NCBI GenBank assembly: GCA_030059675.1
Contig: JANVYQ010000003.1
Coordinates: forward strand, 128,001 to 192,000
Source of the DNA: Candidatus Pelearchaeum maunauluense
GTDB lineage: Archaea; Thermoproteota; Nitrososphaeria_A; Caldarchaeales; Caldarchaeaceae
Length of the DNA stretch: 64,000 nt
Reading direction: 5' to 3'
Positions 28,344-39,108 of the stretch are shown one piece after another. The position numbers were made by a program, and so were the translations under genes. Within the stretch, counting starts at the first letter, position 1. Every line of letters starts with the position of its first letter. Under the pieces are notes generated by a model. It ran no database searches and was not told the origin of the DNA. It saw only the letters and a program-made list of their open reading frames with translations.

Positions 28344-28989
28344 TGAGCGGCTTAAAGCTCTGCGTGAGGCCGCTCAAGACCTCCTATACCTCATGGACAG
28401 GGGATACCGAAAAGAATACGCGATAAGATTCGTCTCAGACCACTACAGGCTACAACGATGGGAGAGGAACGTGCTCAATCGGGTAATCCACCCGACTAAA
28501 TACTCGGCTGAAGCGCGAGCGAAGCTACTCCAGCCTAGTGATATTGAGGGGAAAACAATAAGCATAGACGGCTACAACGTTCTCAACACGGTTATAGCTG
28601 GAAAAAGAGGCTTACCACTCTTCGAATCAACCGATGGAATAATAAGAGACATCTCAGAGATTCACGCATCCTTCAAGCTCACAGACGAAACTCTGAAAAC
28701 CGCGCTTGAGGTAATCGAAGAAACCCTACAACTAAAGCCCAAGGACATACAGATTTACCTGGATGCGCAGATAAGTAAGAGCGGCATACTGGCTAAGAAA
28801 CTCAGAGAACAAGGCGCTGAAGTAATCCTAACAAAACATGCTGATAAAACAATACTGGCAGATACAAACATAATAGCAACCAGTGACTCAATAATCATAG
28901 AACAAAAATCAAAGATATTCGACCTGGCGGGACATATATGCAGAAAAAGAAGCCACAAAATAGTCAAGCTCCTAGAATATCATGATTAA
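28333..28989 (+). CDS. DUF434 domain (PIN-like) protein
   Basis: AAQDLLYLMDRGY, IDGYNV, DGIIRD, ATSDS. Confidence 0.85.
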   Translation: MLSDERLKALREAAQDLLYLMDRGYRKEYAIRFVSDHYRLQRWERNVLNRVIHPTKYSAEARAKLLQPSDIEGKTISIDGYNVLNTVIAGKRGLPLFESTDGIIRDISEIHASFKLTDETLKTALEVIEETLQLKPKDIQIYLDAQISKSGILAKKLREQGAEVILTKHADKTILADTNIIATSDSIIIEQKSKIFDLAGHICRKRSHKIVKLLEYHD

Positions 28990-29070
28990 CATTTAAAACA
29001 TGCTCTCAACAAACTGTTCTAACAATATAATACGAAGCATAATCTCAATACTGTGCAGCGCACCGGGGTT

Positions 29071-29145
29071 GGGCCCGTAGCGCAGGATGGACAGCGCACC
29101 GGCCTTCTAAGCCGGGGGTCGGGAGTTCAAGTCTCCCCGGGCCCG
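29071..29145 (+). tRNA. tRNA-Arg(UCU)
   Basis: GGGCCCG acceptor stem, CCGGC-CT-TCT-AA-GCCGG anticodon arm, GTTCAAGTC T loop. Confidence 0.96.
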
Positions 29146-29191
29146 CGGGAGAATTTTTATTATTTTATTTTTTGTTGACAGTTGTTATGTT

Positions 29192-29701
29192 GTGGTTTTC
29201 CATGGCTGTGGTGGGGTTGTTTTGAGGGTTATTTTTCTCGCGTTTGTTGCTGGTTTGGTGTTGGGGTTGTTTGTGGGTTATGTTTTTCTTGATGAGGAGG
29301 CTCGTGAGGGTTTTGGAGGCGGTGAATATGGGTTTGTCATGGTTGGTGATGTTTTAGTTCGTGTTGAGATTGCTGACACTCCTGAAGAGCGTATTAGGGG
29401 GTTGTCTGGTCGGGAGTCGCTTAAACCTGGCTGGGGTATGCTCTTCATCTTCCCGCAAGAGGGAATCTATTCCTTCTGGATGTATGGTATGCGCTTCTCC
29501 CTCGACATAATATGGATTGACGAAGATGGGTATGTGGTGTATGTTGTTGAGAAAGCCCCACCCTGCAAAGAGGATGGGGAATGCCCCAGCTACACGCCTG
29601 ATGAAGAGGCGTTGTATGTCTTGGAAGTCGCGGCGGGCTTCGTGGAGGATAACAACGTAAGGGAGGGACAGAGAATAAGAATATTCCTGCCAGCGGTATA
29701 G
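29192..29701 (+). CDS. DUF192 family protein with N-terminal membrane anchor
   Basis: VEIADTPEERIRGL, GMLF, FWM, LDIIWID and YVLEV motifs. Confidence 0.9.
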   Translation: MVFHGCGGVVLRVIFLAFVAGLVLGLFVGYVFLDEEAREGFGGGEYGFVMVGDVLVRVEIADTPEERIRGLSGRESLKPGWGMLFIFPQEGIYSFWMYGMRFSLDIIWIDEDGYVVYVVEKAPPCKEDGECPSYTPDEEALYVLEVAAGFVEDNNVREGQRIRIFLPAV

Positions 29702-29718
29702 AGGTTGCGTAAATATAT

Positions 29719-30783
29719 GTGGTTGCCTCGTCTCTGATATATGTTGGCGGCTTGCCATCTGTAAAGGCTCCCAAGGTGCTGGCCGAGCAGCTCATTAAGG
29801 AGCTGGAGAAGTCTGGCATACTGGATAGGGGTAGGGTGATTAGGAGAGAAGGCGAGCATGTGTTCATCCCCGTTGTGAGCACCGCTGGCTTGAAGCTTCC
29901 CGAAGAATGCCATGTAGTTCATGTTGAGAATCCACCAGCGGAGAGAAGGTCGCGTAGCGTGGTTGATGCTCTACGAGATAAGGTGGATGCGGAGCTGTTA
30001 AAGAGGATTCCACGTTCATTCGACATTATAGGTGATGTTGCAGTGATAAACGAGCTTGACGCGGAGCAGCGGGTTCTTGAAGCTATTGGGCAAGCCATAA
30101 TGGAGGTTCATAAGAACGTTAGGCTTGTACTGGCTAAGTCTTCTCCATTAGCGGGGGAGGAGCGGGTGGGTGGTTATAGGGTGGTGGCCGGCGTAGGCGG
30201 GGCTGAGACAACACACCGCGAGTCGGGCTGCGTCTACAAGCTGGACATAACGCGGGTATTTTTCTCGCCGAGATTATCTGGAGAAAGGCTTCGCGTGGCT
30301 ACTCAAGTGCGCAGCGACGAGCAAGTGGTGGATATGTTCGCTGGTGTGGGGCCTTTCTCCATACTCATCGCAAAGAAAACCCCCTCCTGTAGGGTCGTCG
30401 CAGTTGAGAAGAACGAATCAGCATATAGATACCTGTGTGAAAACATACGGCTCAACAAGGTTGGTGATAGGGTTACTCCACTTCTCGGAGACGTTAGAAA
30501 CCACGTAAGCGCGCTCAGGGGGCTGGCTGATAGGGTTATAATGAACCTACCCCACCAGTCGCAGGACTTTCTCGGCGATGCCCTGCAAATACTGAAAAAA
30601 GAGGGATTAATACACTTCTACACAATAGCCCAACGCGACGACCAAAGTGATGCGGAGAGAAGAGTATCTTCAGTATTATCTGCACTGGATGTGGATTATG
30701 GTTTCCTCTTTAGTCGGGCTGTTAAGGAGGTCTCACCATCAAAGGTGATGATGGTCTTTGATATTCGTGTTGTTAAGGGCTGA
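29719..30783 (+). CDS. Trm5/Taw2-family tRNA G37 modification methyltransferase
   Basis: FDIIGD, HRESG, VFFSPRL, DMFAGVGPF and RVIMNLP motifs. Confidence 0.9.
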   Translation: MVASSLIYVGGLPSVKAPKVLAEQLIKELEKSGILDRGRVIRREGEHVFIPVVSTAGLKLPEECHVVHVENPPAERRSRSVVDALRDKVDAELLKRIPRSFDIIGDVAVINELDAEQRVLEAIGQAIMEVHKNVRLVLAKSSPLAGEERVGGYRVVAGVGGAETTHRESGCVYKLDITRVFFSPRLSGERLRVATQVRSDEQVVDMFAGVGPFSILIAKKTPSCRVVAVEKNESAYRYLCENIRLNKVGDRVTPLLGDVRNHVSALRGLADRVIMNLPHQSQDFLGDALQILKKEGLIHFYTIAQRDDQSDAERRVSSVLSALDVDYGFLFSRAVKEVSPSKVMMVFDIRVVKG

Positions 30784-30827
30784 ACTCTTATATAACCCGC
30801 TCACATATCAAGATATGCTGGTGACAG

Positions 30828-31865
30828 ATGGGGGTTAAGATAGGCGATATAATCCCTCCCGAGGCTGTTGAGAAGACGACGCTCAAGGGGCTCGGGGGGA
30901 AGTCGATAGCGCTTGACGCCTACAACATGCTATACCAGTTCCTATCTACGATACGTGGCCCTGATGGTAGGCCGCTTATGGATAGGCGCGGCCGCGTTAC
31001 TAGTCATTTGAGCGGCTTATTCTTCAGGACGGTAAACCTCTTGGAGGCGGGTATTAAGCCTGTGTATGTCTTTGACGGTAGGCCGCCTGAGATGAAGAGG
31101 GCTACTATTGAGCGTAGGGTTGAGGCCCGTGAGGAGGCTCGTAAGCTGTATGAGCGTGCTTTGAGTGAGGGGGAGCTTGAGGAGGCTCGTAAGTATGCTC
31201 AACGCGCCGCTACGCTTGAGGAGTATATGGTGGAGAGCGCTATACAGCTCTTGGAGGCTATGCACATCCCCTACGTCAAAGCCCCCTCCGAGGGCGAGGC
31301 GCAAGCAGCATACATGGCAGCCCGCGGCGATGTCTTCGCCTCAGGCTCCCAAGACATGGACTCACTCCTCTTCGGCTCACCCCGCCTAGTGCGAAACCTA
31401 TCGATAGTGGGGAGGCGTAAGCTCCCTGGGAGAAACGAGTACGTCGAGGTAGAGCCTGAGATTATCTACCTAGACAAGCTGCTAAGCTCTCTCGGAATAA
31501 CGCGGGAGCAACTTATAGACATCGGCCTCTTCATCGGGACTGACTACTCTCCCCAGGTTAGGGGAGTGGGTCCAAAGAGCGCGCTACGCCACATAAAGCA
31601 GTATGGCTCAATAGAGAAGGCCTGCCAGGCTCTCGGAATTAGGCTGGAGTTTGACCCAGCTAAGGTAAGGGAGATTTTCCTCAAACCAAATGTTACAAGC
31701 TCTTATAGTGTTGAGTGGGGCGAGCCTGACGATAGGGATGTCATCAGTTTATTGTGTGGGGAGTTTGACTTCTCGCGCGAGCGTGTTCAGAAGGCGCTTG
31801 ACGAGCTGCATAAGTCGCTTAAACAGATGCGGGAAAGAATAAGCCTTGACGCCTTCCTATCATGA
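30828..31865 (+). CDS. fen: Flap endonuclease 1
   Basis: MGV start, DAYNMLYQFL, APSEGEAQAA, SQDMD, GTDY, C-terminal PIP-like box. Confidence 0.97.
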   Translation: MGVKIGDIIPPEAVEKTTLKGLGGKSIALDAYNMLYQFLSTIRGPDGRPLMDRRGRVTSHLSGLFFRTVNLLEAGIKPVYVFDGRPPEMKRATIERRVEAREEARKLYERALSEGELEEARKYAQRAATLEEYMVESAIQLLEAMHIPYVKAPSEGEAQAAYMAARGDVFASGSQDMDSLLFGSPRLVRNLSIVGRRKLPGRNEYVEVEPEIIYLDKLLSSLGITREQLIDIGLFIGTDYSPQVRGVGPKSALRHIKQYGSIEKACQALGIRLEFDPAKVREIFLKPNVTSSYSVEWGEPDDRDVISLLCGEFDFSRERVQKALDELHKSLKQMRERISLDAFLS

Positions 31866-32048
31866 GCTTATGAGCTCCACCACGCGACGCTCAGCATCTA
31901 GGCTGAGAACCCTCACCCTACCATGAATCTCCAACTTCATCAAGGTCTGCCTAAGCATGTCATACGATATATCAACACCCCTCTTACGCAGCTCGTCCAG
32001 TAAGTTCTGTTCTAGAGCCTTGCCGCCAACCCTCTTAAGAGCATCCAT
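31860..32048 (-). CDS. Small winged-helix protein downstream of cdc48
   Basis: LRQTLMKLEIHGRVRV pattern; may start slightly upstream at an ATA after GGTGAGG. Confidence 0.7.
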   Translation of the reverse strand: MDALKRVGGKALEQNLLDELRKRGVDISYDMLRQTLMKLEIHGRVRVLSLDAERRVVELISS

Positions 32049-32134
32049 AACCTGTACGTAGATGGATATCGCTCCTCACCGTTAGAAGGTAATACTCCCT
32101 TATCTATATCCTTCGGCTTAGCTTGACGACTATA

Positions 32135-34315
32135 TTAGCCTATCATGGTCAAGGGCTTCTCGGTGGTTCTCAGCAGTTCTCCTATACGCTCATACTCGCG
32201 GGCCATCTGTGGTGATATGCTCGGCTTAACCATATTGAGAGCCTCCTCAAAATCGGCTTTACTCACATACTCGGCATCAATATCGCGTCTTAGTGCCGAG
32301 AGGGCAGCCTCGCGGCAGAGCGACTCCAGGTCAGCGCCAGAATAGCCCTCTGTGCGCGAGGCTATCTCCTCCAGATTAACGTCATCGGTCAACGGCATCC
32401 TACGGGTGTATATCTTGAGTATGGATAGGCGGGACTTCTCATCTGGAGGCGGGACGAAGATGAGCCTGTCAAACCGCCCTGGCCTGAGAACCGCTGGGTC
32501 AAGCATATCAGGCCTGTTGGTAGCGCCTATAACTATAATGTCGGACAGCTCCTCTATCCCATCCATCTCAGCCAAGAGCTGGCTTGAGACCCTGTTAGTT
32601 ACTCCTGAGCTGTCTTCCGCCATATCCTTACGCGGCACGATGGACTCTATCTCGTCTAGGAAAACAACAGCAGGCGCTGCTTGCCGCGCTTTCCTGAATG
32701 TCTCACGGATAGCTTTCTCCGACTCCCCAACCCACTTGGAGTATATCTCAGGCCCCTTAACAGTGATGAAGTTCGCCTCACTCTCGGTGGCTATAGCCTT
32801 CGCCAGCAGCGTCTTTCCGCATCCAGGCGGGCCATAGAGGAGAATCCCCTTCGGCGGCTTAATACCCATCTTCTCAAACTTCTCAGGATACTTGAGAGGC
32901 CACTCGATAGCCTCGATCAACCGTTGCTTAACCTCCTCAAGACCTCCTATGTCCTCCCACCTCACGGTGGGCGTCTCAACCTCGACCTCACGCAGCGCGC
33001 TGGGCGTAATCTCCTTATACGCCTCCATGAAGTCCTTCATAGTAACCTCAAGGCTGTTAAGTATCTCAGGCGATATCTTCTCCTCGGAGAAGTCTATGCT
33101 GGGGAGTATCCGTCTTATAGCCTTCATAGCAGCCTCGCGGCAGAGGGCTGCTACATCAGCGCCGGTATAGCCGCGGGTAATCTCGCTAATCTTATCAAGG
33201 TCAACGTCCTTCGAGAGAGGCATTCCGCGTGTGTGTATCTGGAGTATCTCGCGCCTACCCCTCTTATCTGGTATTCCTATCTCTATTTCGCGGTCGAATC
33301 TCCCAGGCCTCCTGAGGGCTGGGTCAAGAGCGTTAGGCCTGTTGGTAGCGCCTATAACTATTACAGAGCCTCTGCTCTCCAGCCCGTCCATCAGAGCGAG
33401 GAGCTGCGCCACAACACGCTTCTCAACCTCGCCAGTAACCTCGCTCCTCTTGGGAGCTATCGCGTCTATCTCGTCTATGAAGATTATACTAGGCGCCTCC
33501 TCCTCTGCCTTCCTGAAAATCTCACGCAGCCTAGCCTCGGTCTCGCCGTAGTACTTGTTCATTATCTCAGGTCCATTAATCAGGATGAAGTTAGCCTCCG
33601 CTTCTGTGGCTACCGCTTTGGCTAGCAGCGTCTTTCCGCATCCAGGCGGGCCGTAGAGAAGTACTCCCTTTGGAGGCTCTATGCCCAGCTTCTGGAATAG
33701 CTCTGGGAATCGTAGGGGTAGCTCTATCATCTCGCGGACGCGTTGAATCTGCTCCTGGAGGCCGCCTATGTCCTCGTAGGTAACGCTTGTCCTGAGCGTC
33801 TTCTCCTGCATTACCCGCGAGTGGATTATCAGCTTCGTCTTCGGCGTTATCTTAACAATACCCGAAGGCCTGGTCTGGATTACTGCGAAGGTGAATAGGT
33901 TTCCGAAGAAGAGGACAGGCACTATATTCTTCTGGACGATGGGATACTCTATAAGCCTGCTCTTAACAAGCTTTGTAAAATTCTCATCAGGCTTTACAGA
34001 TGTGTTGAACGGTGCCATCACTACCAACTGGGCTTCCTTCACCTGTGCTTTCCTTACTATCACATAATCGTTAAGCGATACTCCTGCGTTGTTTCTGATG
34101 TATCCATCTATTCTGATTATGTCTTTATCCCTTTCATCCTCTATATAGCCCAGCCAGAGCGTTGCTGCCGCTAACTTCTTTCCCTTAATCTCTATTATGT
34201 CTCCTGTCTGAAGCCCTGCCTCCGCGCCGACACTCCTGTCAATCCTAGCTATTCCATAACCTACATCGCGTTGTTTTGCCTCTGCGACGCGGAGACGCAG
34301 CTCCTTAACGCTCAT
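32135..34315 (-). CDS. cdc48: CDC48/VAT AAA+ ATPase
   Basis: N-domain ([10 protein letters not shown]) plus two AAA modules with [16 protein letters not shown] and RPGRFD. Confidence 0.97.
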   Translation of the reverse strand: MSVKELRLRVAEAKQRDVGYGIARIDRSVGAEAGLQTGDIIEIKGKKLAAATLWLGYIEDERDKDIIRIDGYIRNNAGVSLNDYVIVRKAQVKEAQLVVMAPFNTSVKPDENFTKLVKSRLIEYPIVQKNIVPVLFFGNLFTFAVIQTRPSGIVKITPKTKLIIHSRVMQEKTLRTSVTYEDIGGLQEQIQRVREMIELPLRFPELFQKLGIEPPKGVLLYGPPGCGKTLLAKAVATEAEANFILINGPEIMNKYYGETEARLREIFRKAEEEAPSIIFIDEIDAIAPKRSEVTGEVEKRVVAQLLALMDGLESRGSVIVIGATNRPNALDPALRRPGRFDREIEIGIPDKRGRREILQIHTRGMPLSKDVDLDKISEITRGYTGADVAALCREAAMKAIRRILPSIDFSEEKISPEILNSLEVTMKDFMEAYKEITPSALREVEVETPTVRWEDIGGLEEVKQRLIEAIEWPLKYPEKFEKMGIKPPKGILLYGPPGCGKTLLAKAIATESEANFITVKGPEIYSKWVGESEKAIRETFRKARQAAPAVVFLDEIESIVPRKDMAEDSSGVTNRVSSQLLAEMDGIEELSDIIVIGATNRPDMLDPAVLRPGRFDRLIFVPPPDEKSRLSILKIYTRRMPLTDDVNLEEIASRTEGYSGADLESLCREAALSALRRDIDAEYVSKADFEEALNMVKPSISPQMAREYERIGELLRTTEKPLTMIG

Positions 34316-34407
34316 CTATCCCAGCAACTACCAACCGTATAATTTAAGCGTAAAGCTCTAAACCAGATTTAGAAGTATTGACACGATGGACAAGCCTTTT
34401 AGGCCCT

Positions 34408-34677
34408 TTAGAGTATCCTGGTTATTCTCTCTATGCTTATCTCGCCCACTCCCTCTACTCCGCGTATGCGCTGCTCCAGCAGGTTAGCGTAGCCTTCTTC
34501 GTCAGGCATAGTAAAGCCTATAACTAAGGCCATCAAACCATATGCGAACTCCTCCTTCTTATATTGTCTCAGAACAACGCCAGAGGGGAGGACGTTCTGT
34601 ATATCCTTTATCATCTGGTCTATATCCACCTCGTCGCTGTTGGGTAGGATGCGCATAATCACTAGAACATCGCCCAT
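34408..34677 (-). CDS. ef1b: Elongation factor 1-beta
   Basis: MGDVLVIMRILP...EFAYGLMAL; located after the zinc-ribbon gene as is usual in archaea. Confidence 0.92.
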   Translation of the reverse strand: MGDVLVIMRILPNSDEVDIDQMIKDIQNVLPSGVVLRQYKKEEFAYGLMALVIGFTMPDEEGYANLLEQRIRGVEGVGEISIERITRIL

Positions 34678-34695
34678 TTCTATACCAGCCCCCCT

Positions 34696-34875
34696 CTATG
34701 GTCCTTGAAAACCGCATGAGGGGCATATATATGGGTGGGCTAGCTCCCTGCATATTTCGCAACGCCATATCGTTGACTTGCCGCAGTTGGGGCATGGAAA
34801 TGATACTGCGGGCTCGTCGGGTGCTATTGGTCTATGGCACCAACTACAGGTGGGCAGCGTTATCTGCGAGTTCAT
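34696..34875 (-). CDS. Zinc-ribbon protein (DUF1610/COG2888 type)
   Basis: Manual translation MNSQITLPTCSWCHRPIAP...FPCPNCG...WRCEICR...YICPSCGFQGP*; 59 aa, below ORF-track cutoff. Confidence 0.9.
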   Translation of the reverse strand: MNSQITLPTCSWCHRPIAPDEPAVSFPCPNCGKSTIWRCEICRELAHPYICPSCGFQGP

Positions 34876-34918
34876 GCTTCTAACGCCTTGTTGGATGGGC
34901 TATTTAAGTTTGAAAAAA

Positions 34919-36055
34919 TTAAGACGTGATTAACGACTTTAGGAAGAGAGGAGCGAGTTTCAGGAATTCGCGTGTAGTGATTAAGCGTGTGGCGGTGGAG
35001 CCGTGGAAATCCATATCACCCATCTCCGACAACTTACGGTCTATTCCACTCTCGGAGATGAGTCTAAAGAGCATGTCAAGCTGGTTCGGCTTCAGCCTCG
35101 CTGTCAGCCGCCTCACAAGGTATATCCTACGAAGCTCCCGATACGCGTTCTTCACATAGTTGTTGAATGAATCGTCTCTAAGCGATATCTCTCTTGCCGC
35201 TGCTATGCCAGCCATGCCGCCGAAGATTACACCACCCCCAGTAGTAGCTTTCACGTGGCCAGCTACATCGCCCACAAAATACACGCGGTCGACGCGGGGA
35301 TTATCCAGTGGGGGCCCGACGTATATGGCTGACGACTGAACACCAACCACACGCGCGTTGGGGAATTCCTCTGCCATAAACTTGGAAGCCAAGTGGCGGA
35401 TGTTCTTCTTGGCAGCGACGCCGACCTTCCCCAGCTCATCATCTACCGGGACCAGATAGGCGAAGAAGTCGGGTAGGTAATGCTTGAAGAAGAGATAGAC
35501 GAGCTGCCTATCCATGCCGTGCCCAGCTACTTGATACTGTATTATCGGGAGCCACTCACCCAGCTTGTATGATGGGTGTATGCTACGTGCTATGAACGCG
35601 CTATGTCCCTCCGAGTCTATTAGGTATCTGGCTCTCACTACGCCGCGCCTAGTGGTAAGCTCCACTCCATCGTTGCCAATCTTGACTCCGCTTACGCGCG
35701 TGTTGATGTATAGCGATGCGCCGTTCATTACTGCCTGCTCAGCCAGGTATTGGTCAAACCGCTCACGGTTAGCTACAACAGCCACATCACGCGAGGCGTC
35801 AACAAGGAAAGAGCGGCCTGACGGAGACTTGAACAACGCACCACGCGCAAAATTCTGTATCCAAGGCCTGTGGAGGGGGATGCGTAGCTTCTTCAGGCCA
35901 TCCAGGCTGTAGAGGCCTGCGCATTTCTCTGGTCTCCCAACTATGCTGTCCTCCTCGAAGACAGCCACCTCCAAGCCGTGCTTCGCCGCCTCGCAGGCTG
36001 CGAGAAGGCCAGCGGGCCCAGCTCCAACAACTGCTACGTCCAGCTCATCACCCAT
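34919..36055 (-). CDS. Geranylgeranyl reductase family FAD oxidoreductase
   Basis: VVGAGPAG, PEKCAG, RERFD, GDVAGHVKATTGGG. Confidence 0.88.
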   Translation of the reverse strand: MGDELDVAVVGAGPAGLLAACEAAKHGLEVAVFEEDSIVGRPEKCAGLYSLDGLKKLRIPLHRPWIQNFARGALFKSPSGRSFLVDASRDVAVVANRERFDQYLAEQAVMNGASLYINTRVSGVKIGNDGVELTTRRGVVRARYLIDSEGHSAFIARSIHPSYKLGEWLPIIQYQVAGHGMDRQLVYLFFKHYLPDFFAYLVPVDDELGKVGVAAKKNIRHLASKFMAEEFPNARVVGVQSSAIYVGPPLDNPRVDRVYFVGDVAGHVKATTGGGVIFGGMAGIAAAREISLRDDSFNNYVKNAYRELRRIYLVRRLTARLKPNQLDMLFRLISESGIDRKLSEMGDMDFHGSTATRLITTREFLKLAPLFLKSLITS

Positions 36056-36134
36056 AAGCTCGCCGCGAGCTATGAATCTCCAGCCTTTAAGTATAGAGAT
36101 ACCGTTAATACCCTGCTTGGGTGGATACGTCTAA

Positions 36135-36932
36135 ATGCGCACTATACGTGTTGCTGGTTTGCAGCTTAGACCTGGTGGTGTTGAGAATACTGTCAACAGG
36201 GCGTTGAGATTGTTGGAGAGCGCTGGCAAGCGTGAGGTGGAGGTGGCTTGCCTGCCAGAGGCGTGGCCACACACGACGCCATACCTAGAGCTGGAAGCCG
36301 CCACAGAAGCGTATGACGCGATAGTCAGCTCACTCTCTCGCGTGGCGCGGGAGTACGGCATGTGGATAGCCGCTGGCGGGCTATACAAGCAAGATGGAGA
36401 CGCTCTCAAGATTGTATGCCCCATAATAAGCGATAGCGGTGACGTGGTTGGAGAGCAGGAGAAGGTACATCTCTTCCGCGTTGAGCGCCAGCTCTTCCAA
36501 CGCGGACAGAAGCTTAACGTGTTTAACATAGCTGGAGTGAAGACGGGTATATTGATTTGTCATGATATTGTTTATCCTGAGGCGGCGCGGGTTCTAGCAA
36601 TTAAGGGCGCCGAGCTTATTCTGCATCCGTCAAGAATCGTAAGTGAGGGGGTCGGGGTCTGGAGACAATACGTTAAGGTGCGGAGTGTGGAGAACAGGAT
36701 TCCCATAGTTGCTGCGAATATCTACCTAAGAAGGCTCTTTGGAGGAGGCTCCATCATAACTGGCCTCAGACAGTCGCGCCGTGGTGTAGTTTATCCAATC
36801 TCCCTAGCTTCCGTGGGGGCTGGGGAGAAGTTGATGGTTGCCGACATGGAGCTTGACGCGATAGCTGGAGCGCGTGAAGAGAGGCTAGCTAACAGGCTTC
36901 CGTCAGCGTATATGGAGCTGATATCAGCGTGA
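36135..36932 (+). CDS. Carbon-nitrogen hydrolase (nitrilase superfamily)
   Basis: Catalytic E-K-C triad in LPE, KVHL and ICHD. Confidence 0.92.
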   Translation: MRTIRVAGLQLRPGGVENTVNRALRLLESAGKREVEVACLPEAWPHTTPYLELEAATEAYDAIVSSLSRVAREYGMWIAAGGLYKQDGDALKIVCPIISDSGDVVGEQEKVHLFRVERQLFQRGQKLNVFNIAGVKTGILICHDIVYPEAARVLAIKGAELILHPSRIVSEGVGVWRQYVKVRSVENRIPIVAANIYLRRLFGGGSIITGLRQSRRGVVYPISLASVGAGEKLMVADMELDAIAGAREERLANRLPSAYMELISA

Positions 36933-36972
36933 TTAAGGATTTTAGATAACCTGCACAGGGCTTGATATAGCT

Positions 36973-37251
36973 ATGGGTGTGAGGAGGGCGCATCTCTACA
37001 TAAGCGGATTAGTGCAAGGCGTCTTCTACCGCGCCAACATGCAGAGAAAAGCCGAGGAGCTGGGGCTTTCAGGATGGGTTAGAAACCTACCAGACGGACG
37101 CGTTGAAGCGGTGGCTGAGGGAGACGAGGAAGCTTTGAAGAAGCTTATAGAATGGGCTTGGCGCGGCCCACCAGCGGCGCGCGTGGAGAATGTTGAGGTC
37201 ATTTGGGAGGAGCCGCGCGGCGATGCGCGGGGCTTTAGGATAAGATACTAG
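36973..37251 (+). CDS. acyP: Acylphosphatase
   Basis: GLVQGVFYR and [12 protein letters not shown] motifs. Confidence 0.96.
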   Translation: MGVRRAHLYISGLVQGVFYRANMQRKAEELGLSGWVRNLPDGRVEAVAEGDEEALKKLIEWAWRGPPAARVENVEVIWEEPRGDARGFRIRY

Positions 37252-38303
37252 GAAACCCTCAGGAGCTTACCAACTATATCACTCGTGGGCAGACGCTCCG
37301 CGAGACCGACAGCTATGGTTACTAGATTACGAACCTCAAGCTCTTTGAGGATGAGCGCGGCTAGTAGCACAGCGTTACTAAATGTCCAGCGCGTATACGC
37401 CTTATTGGCTAGGCTGTAGCGCTCTGTTGTGAAGCGTTCTTCAAGGCTTCTGAGTAGTGTGGGTATGTCTGGAGCTTCTGTTGGTAGAAGCCTCCTATAC
37501 GCGGTCTGGGCTATGACCTGGGCTGCCGCACCAGCGTCTGCCGCGTCTATGAGCTGGACAATAACGGCTCCCCCTATTGATACTGCGCGCGGTAGGAGGA
37601 ATTCCCTAACCTCAGGCGGCGTAAGCTCCCAAAGCTTAGCCCTAAGTATAGTAAGAATATGATATGAATCAACATCAAGCGCTACGAAGGGCTTTATCTT
37701 CTCCCTCTCACTCCGCGGAGTAGCATTATAGGCTTCAAGTATCCTTGAGTAGAGTGTTCTATCTATAGCAACGTCAAAAGCCGTGGGGTCTTTCTTGCTC
37801 TCCCACACACGCAGAGCCAGGTCAGCCACCTTGGCAAGATACGTATTCTCAAGCTCGCGCACAGCCTCATACAGGTCTCGCGCGGTAGCTGCCCGCAGAA
37901 CCTCGTCTCTGATTCCTAAAAGAGTCTCAGCATACAAATCAATAGCAGACTCTATCTCCTCAAAGCTCTTCTCAAGAGCCTTAGCCTTCAGCACAGTCTT
38001 AAGATTGGAGGCGGGATACCTCATAAAATAAGCCATCAACACATCACCATTCGACGAGATATTCATCAACCTGTAGTGGGTATCTATCAAATGCCGCTTG
38101 AAAGCTGTCTCACTCCCCAGAACAGTGTACGGCTTGGGAATATCAGCTATGTAGCGACCATATATGGATGGCCTAAGCTTCTCCATGAAATCATCCAGGC
38201 TCCCAGCCTCGGCAAGCTCCTCAAGCTCAGCATGAGAGAGGAGAAGACCCTTTATGGCGAAGGCCTTGGCAACACCATAGTCTATACTAACACCCATCCT
38301 CAT
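37248..38303 (-). CDS. atpC: A/V-type ATP synthase subunit C
   Basis: [28 protein letters not shown]; 351 aa. Confidence 0.88.
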   Translation of the reverse strand: MRMGVSIDYGVAKAFAIKGLLLSHAELEELAEAGSLDDFMEKLRPSIYGRYIADIPKPYTVLGSETAFKRHLIDTHYRLMNISSNGDVLMAYFMRYPASNLKTVLKAKALEKSFEEIESAIDLYAETLLGIRDEVLRAATARDLYEAVRELENTYLAKVADLALRVWESKKDPTAFDVAIDRTLYSRILEAYNATPRSEREKIKPFVALDVDSYHILTILRAKLWELTPPEVREFLLPRAVSIGGAVIVQLIDAADAGAAAQVIAQTAYRRLLPTEAPDIPTLLRSLEERFTTERYSLANKAYTRWTFSNAVLLAALILKELEVRNLVTIAVGLAERLPTSDIVGKLLRVS

Positions 38304-38361
38304 TTAGAATCTCTCAAGTAGCCTGCTGTCCCAATTATATGAGTTTTATCTAGGATGGGGG

Positions 38362-38703
38362 CTAAATACCCCTCCTCCCAAGGAGAACATCAACAACCAA
38401 GCTTACCGCATCATCAAACTTCTTTGATACTCTCTCCTTGACGCGGGCTGCTTCGCCCTCGCCGCGTCTTATAATCTCCTGCGCCTCGCGCTCTGCTGCT
38501 TCACGCGTCTCAGCCTCAAGCTTGGCTTGTTGCTCGGAAAGCTCCTCCAAGACCTCGCCCTTCAGCTTCTTCGCCTCCCGCTCAGCAAAGTCAAGTATCT
38601 CGTTCTTCAGCCTCTCAGCGACCCCAGCAACCTCAGCCAAGCCGCTCTCAAGAGAGGCAAGCGAGTTGAGGACACGTGAAAGCTCAGAACTATCCGCAGC
38701 CAT
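38362..38703 (-). CDS. A/V-type ATP synthase peripheral stalk subunit H (G)
   Basis: E/A/R-rich coiled coil ending KFDDAVSLVVDVLLG; upstream of subunit C. Confidence 0.75.
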   Translation of the reverse strand: MAADSSELSRVLNSLASLESGLAEVAGVAERLKNEILDFAEREAKKLKGEVLEELSEQQAKLEAETREAAEREAQEIIRRGEGEAARVKERVSKKFDDAVSLVVDVLLGRRGI

Positions 38704-38780
38704 ATCCTCACATAGCGAGGCCGTGTATGATATAGGTTTTCCATAGCTAGCTTATATCCATCCCACAGCATAGTAGGAAG

Positions 38781-39071
38781 GTGATGGAGAGCCTTGAGCA
38801 AAGAATCTTGGAGGCGCTCAAGAAGATACGAGACCCAATAACTGGAACCGCTACACTATTCGCGGAAGCCCACATAGCTGTCCAAGACCTCGGCGAAGGC
38901 GTGGTAAGGATACTCTTCATACCAACAAACCCATACTCCCCCACAGCCCTAACCCAAGCAGAAGCAGTAAAGACAGTAGCAAGAAAAGTACCAGGAGTCA
39001 AGCGCGTAATAATAGACTGCCGAAACCACATAATGGCCCAGCTAATAACAGATAGACTAAACACAACCTAA
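38781..39071 (+). CDS. DUF59/MIP18-like Fe-S cluster assembly domain protein
   Basis: ILEALKKIRDP...PTNPYSP...VPGVKRV; the usual CP is SP here. Confidence 0.75.
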   Translation: MMESLEQRILEALKKIRDPITGTATLFAEAHIAVQDLGEGVVRILFIPTNPYSPTALTQAEAVKTVARKVPGVKRVIIDCRNHIMAQLITDRLNTT

Positions 39072-39108
39072 AAATACCACAAACTAAACACAAAATAACA
39101 ACGAGAAA

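Noticed and set aside
32681-33625. 314-aa plus-strand ORF
   Set aside because: Antisense shadow of cdc48
34698-34883. 61-aa plus-strand ORF in the track
   Set aside because: The real gene is the four-CxxC zinc-ribbon protein on the minus strand (34696-34875)
37248-38703. ATP synthase subunits C and H separated from the other subunits
   Set aside because: Split A-ATPase gene clusters are common in Thermoproteota
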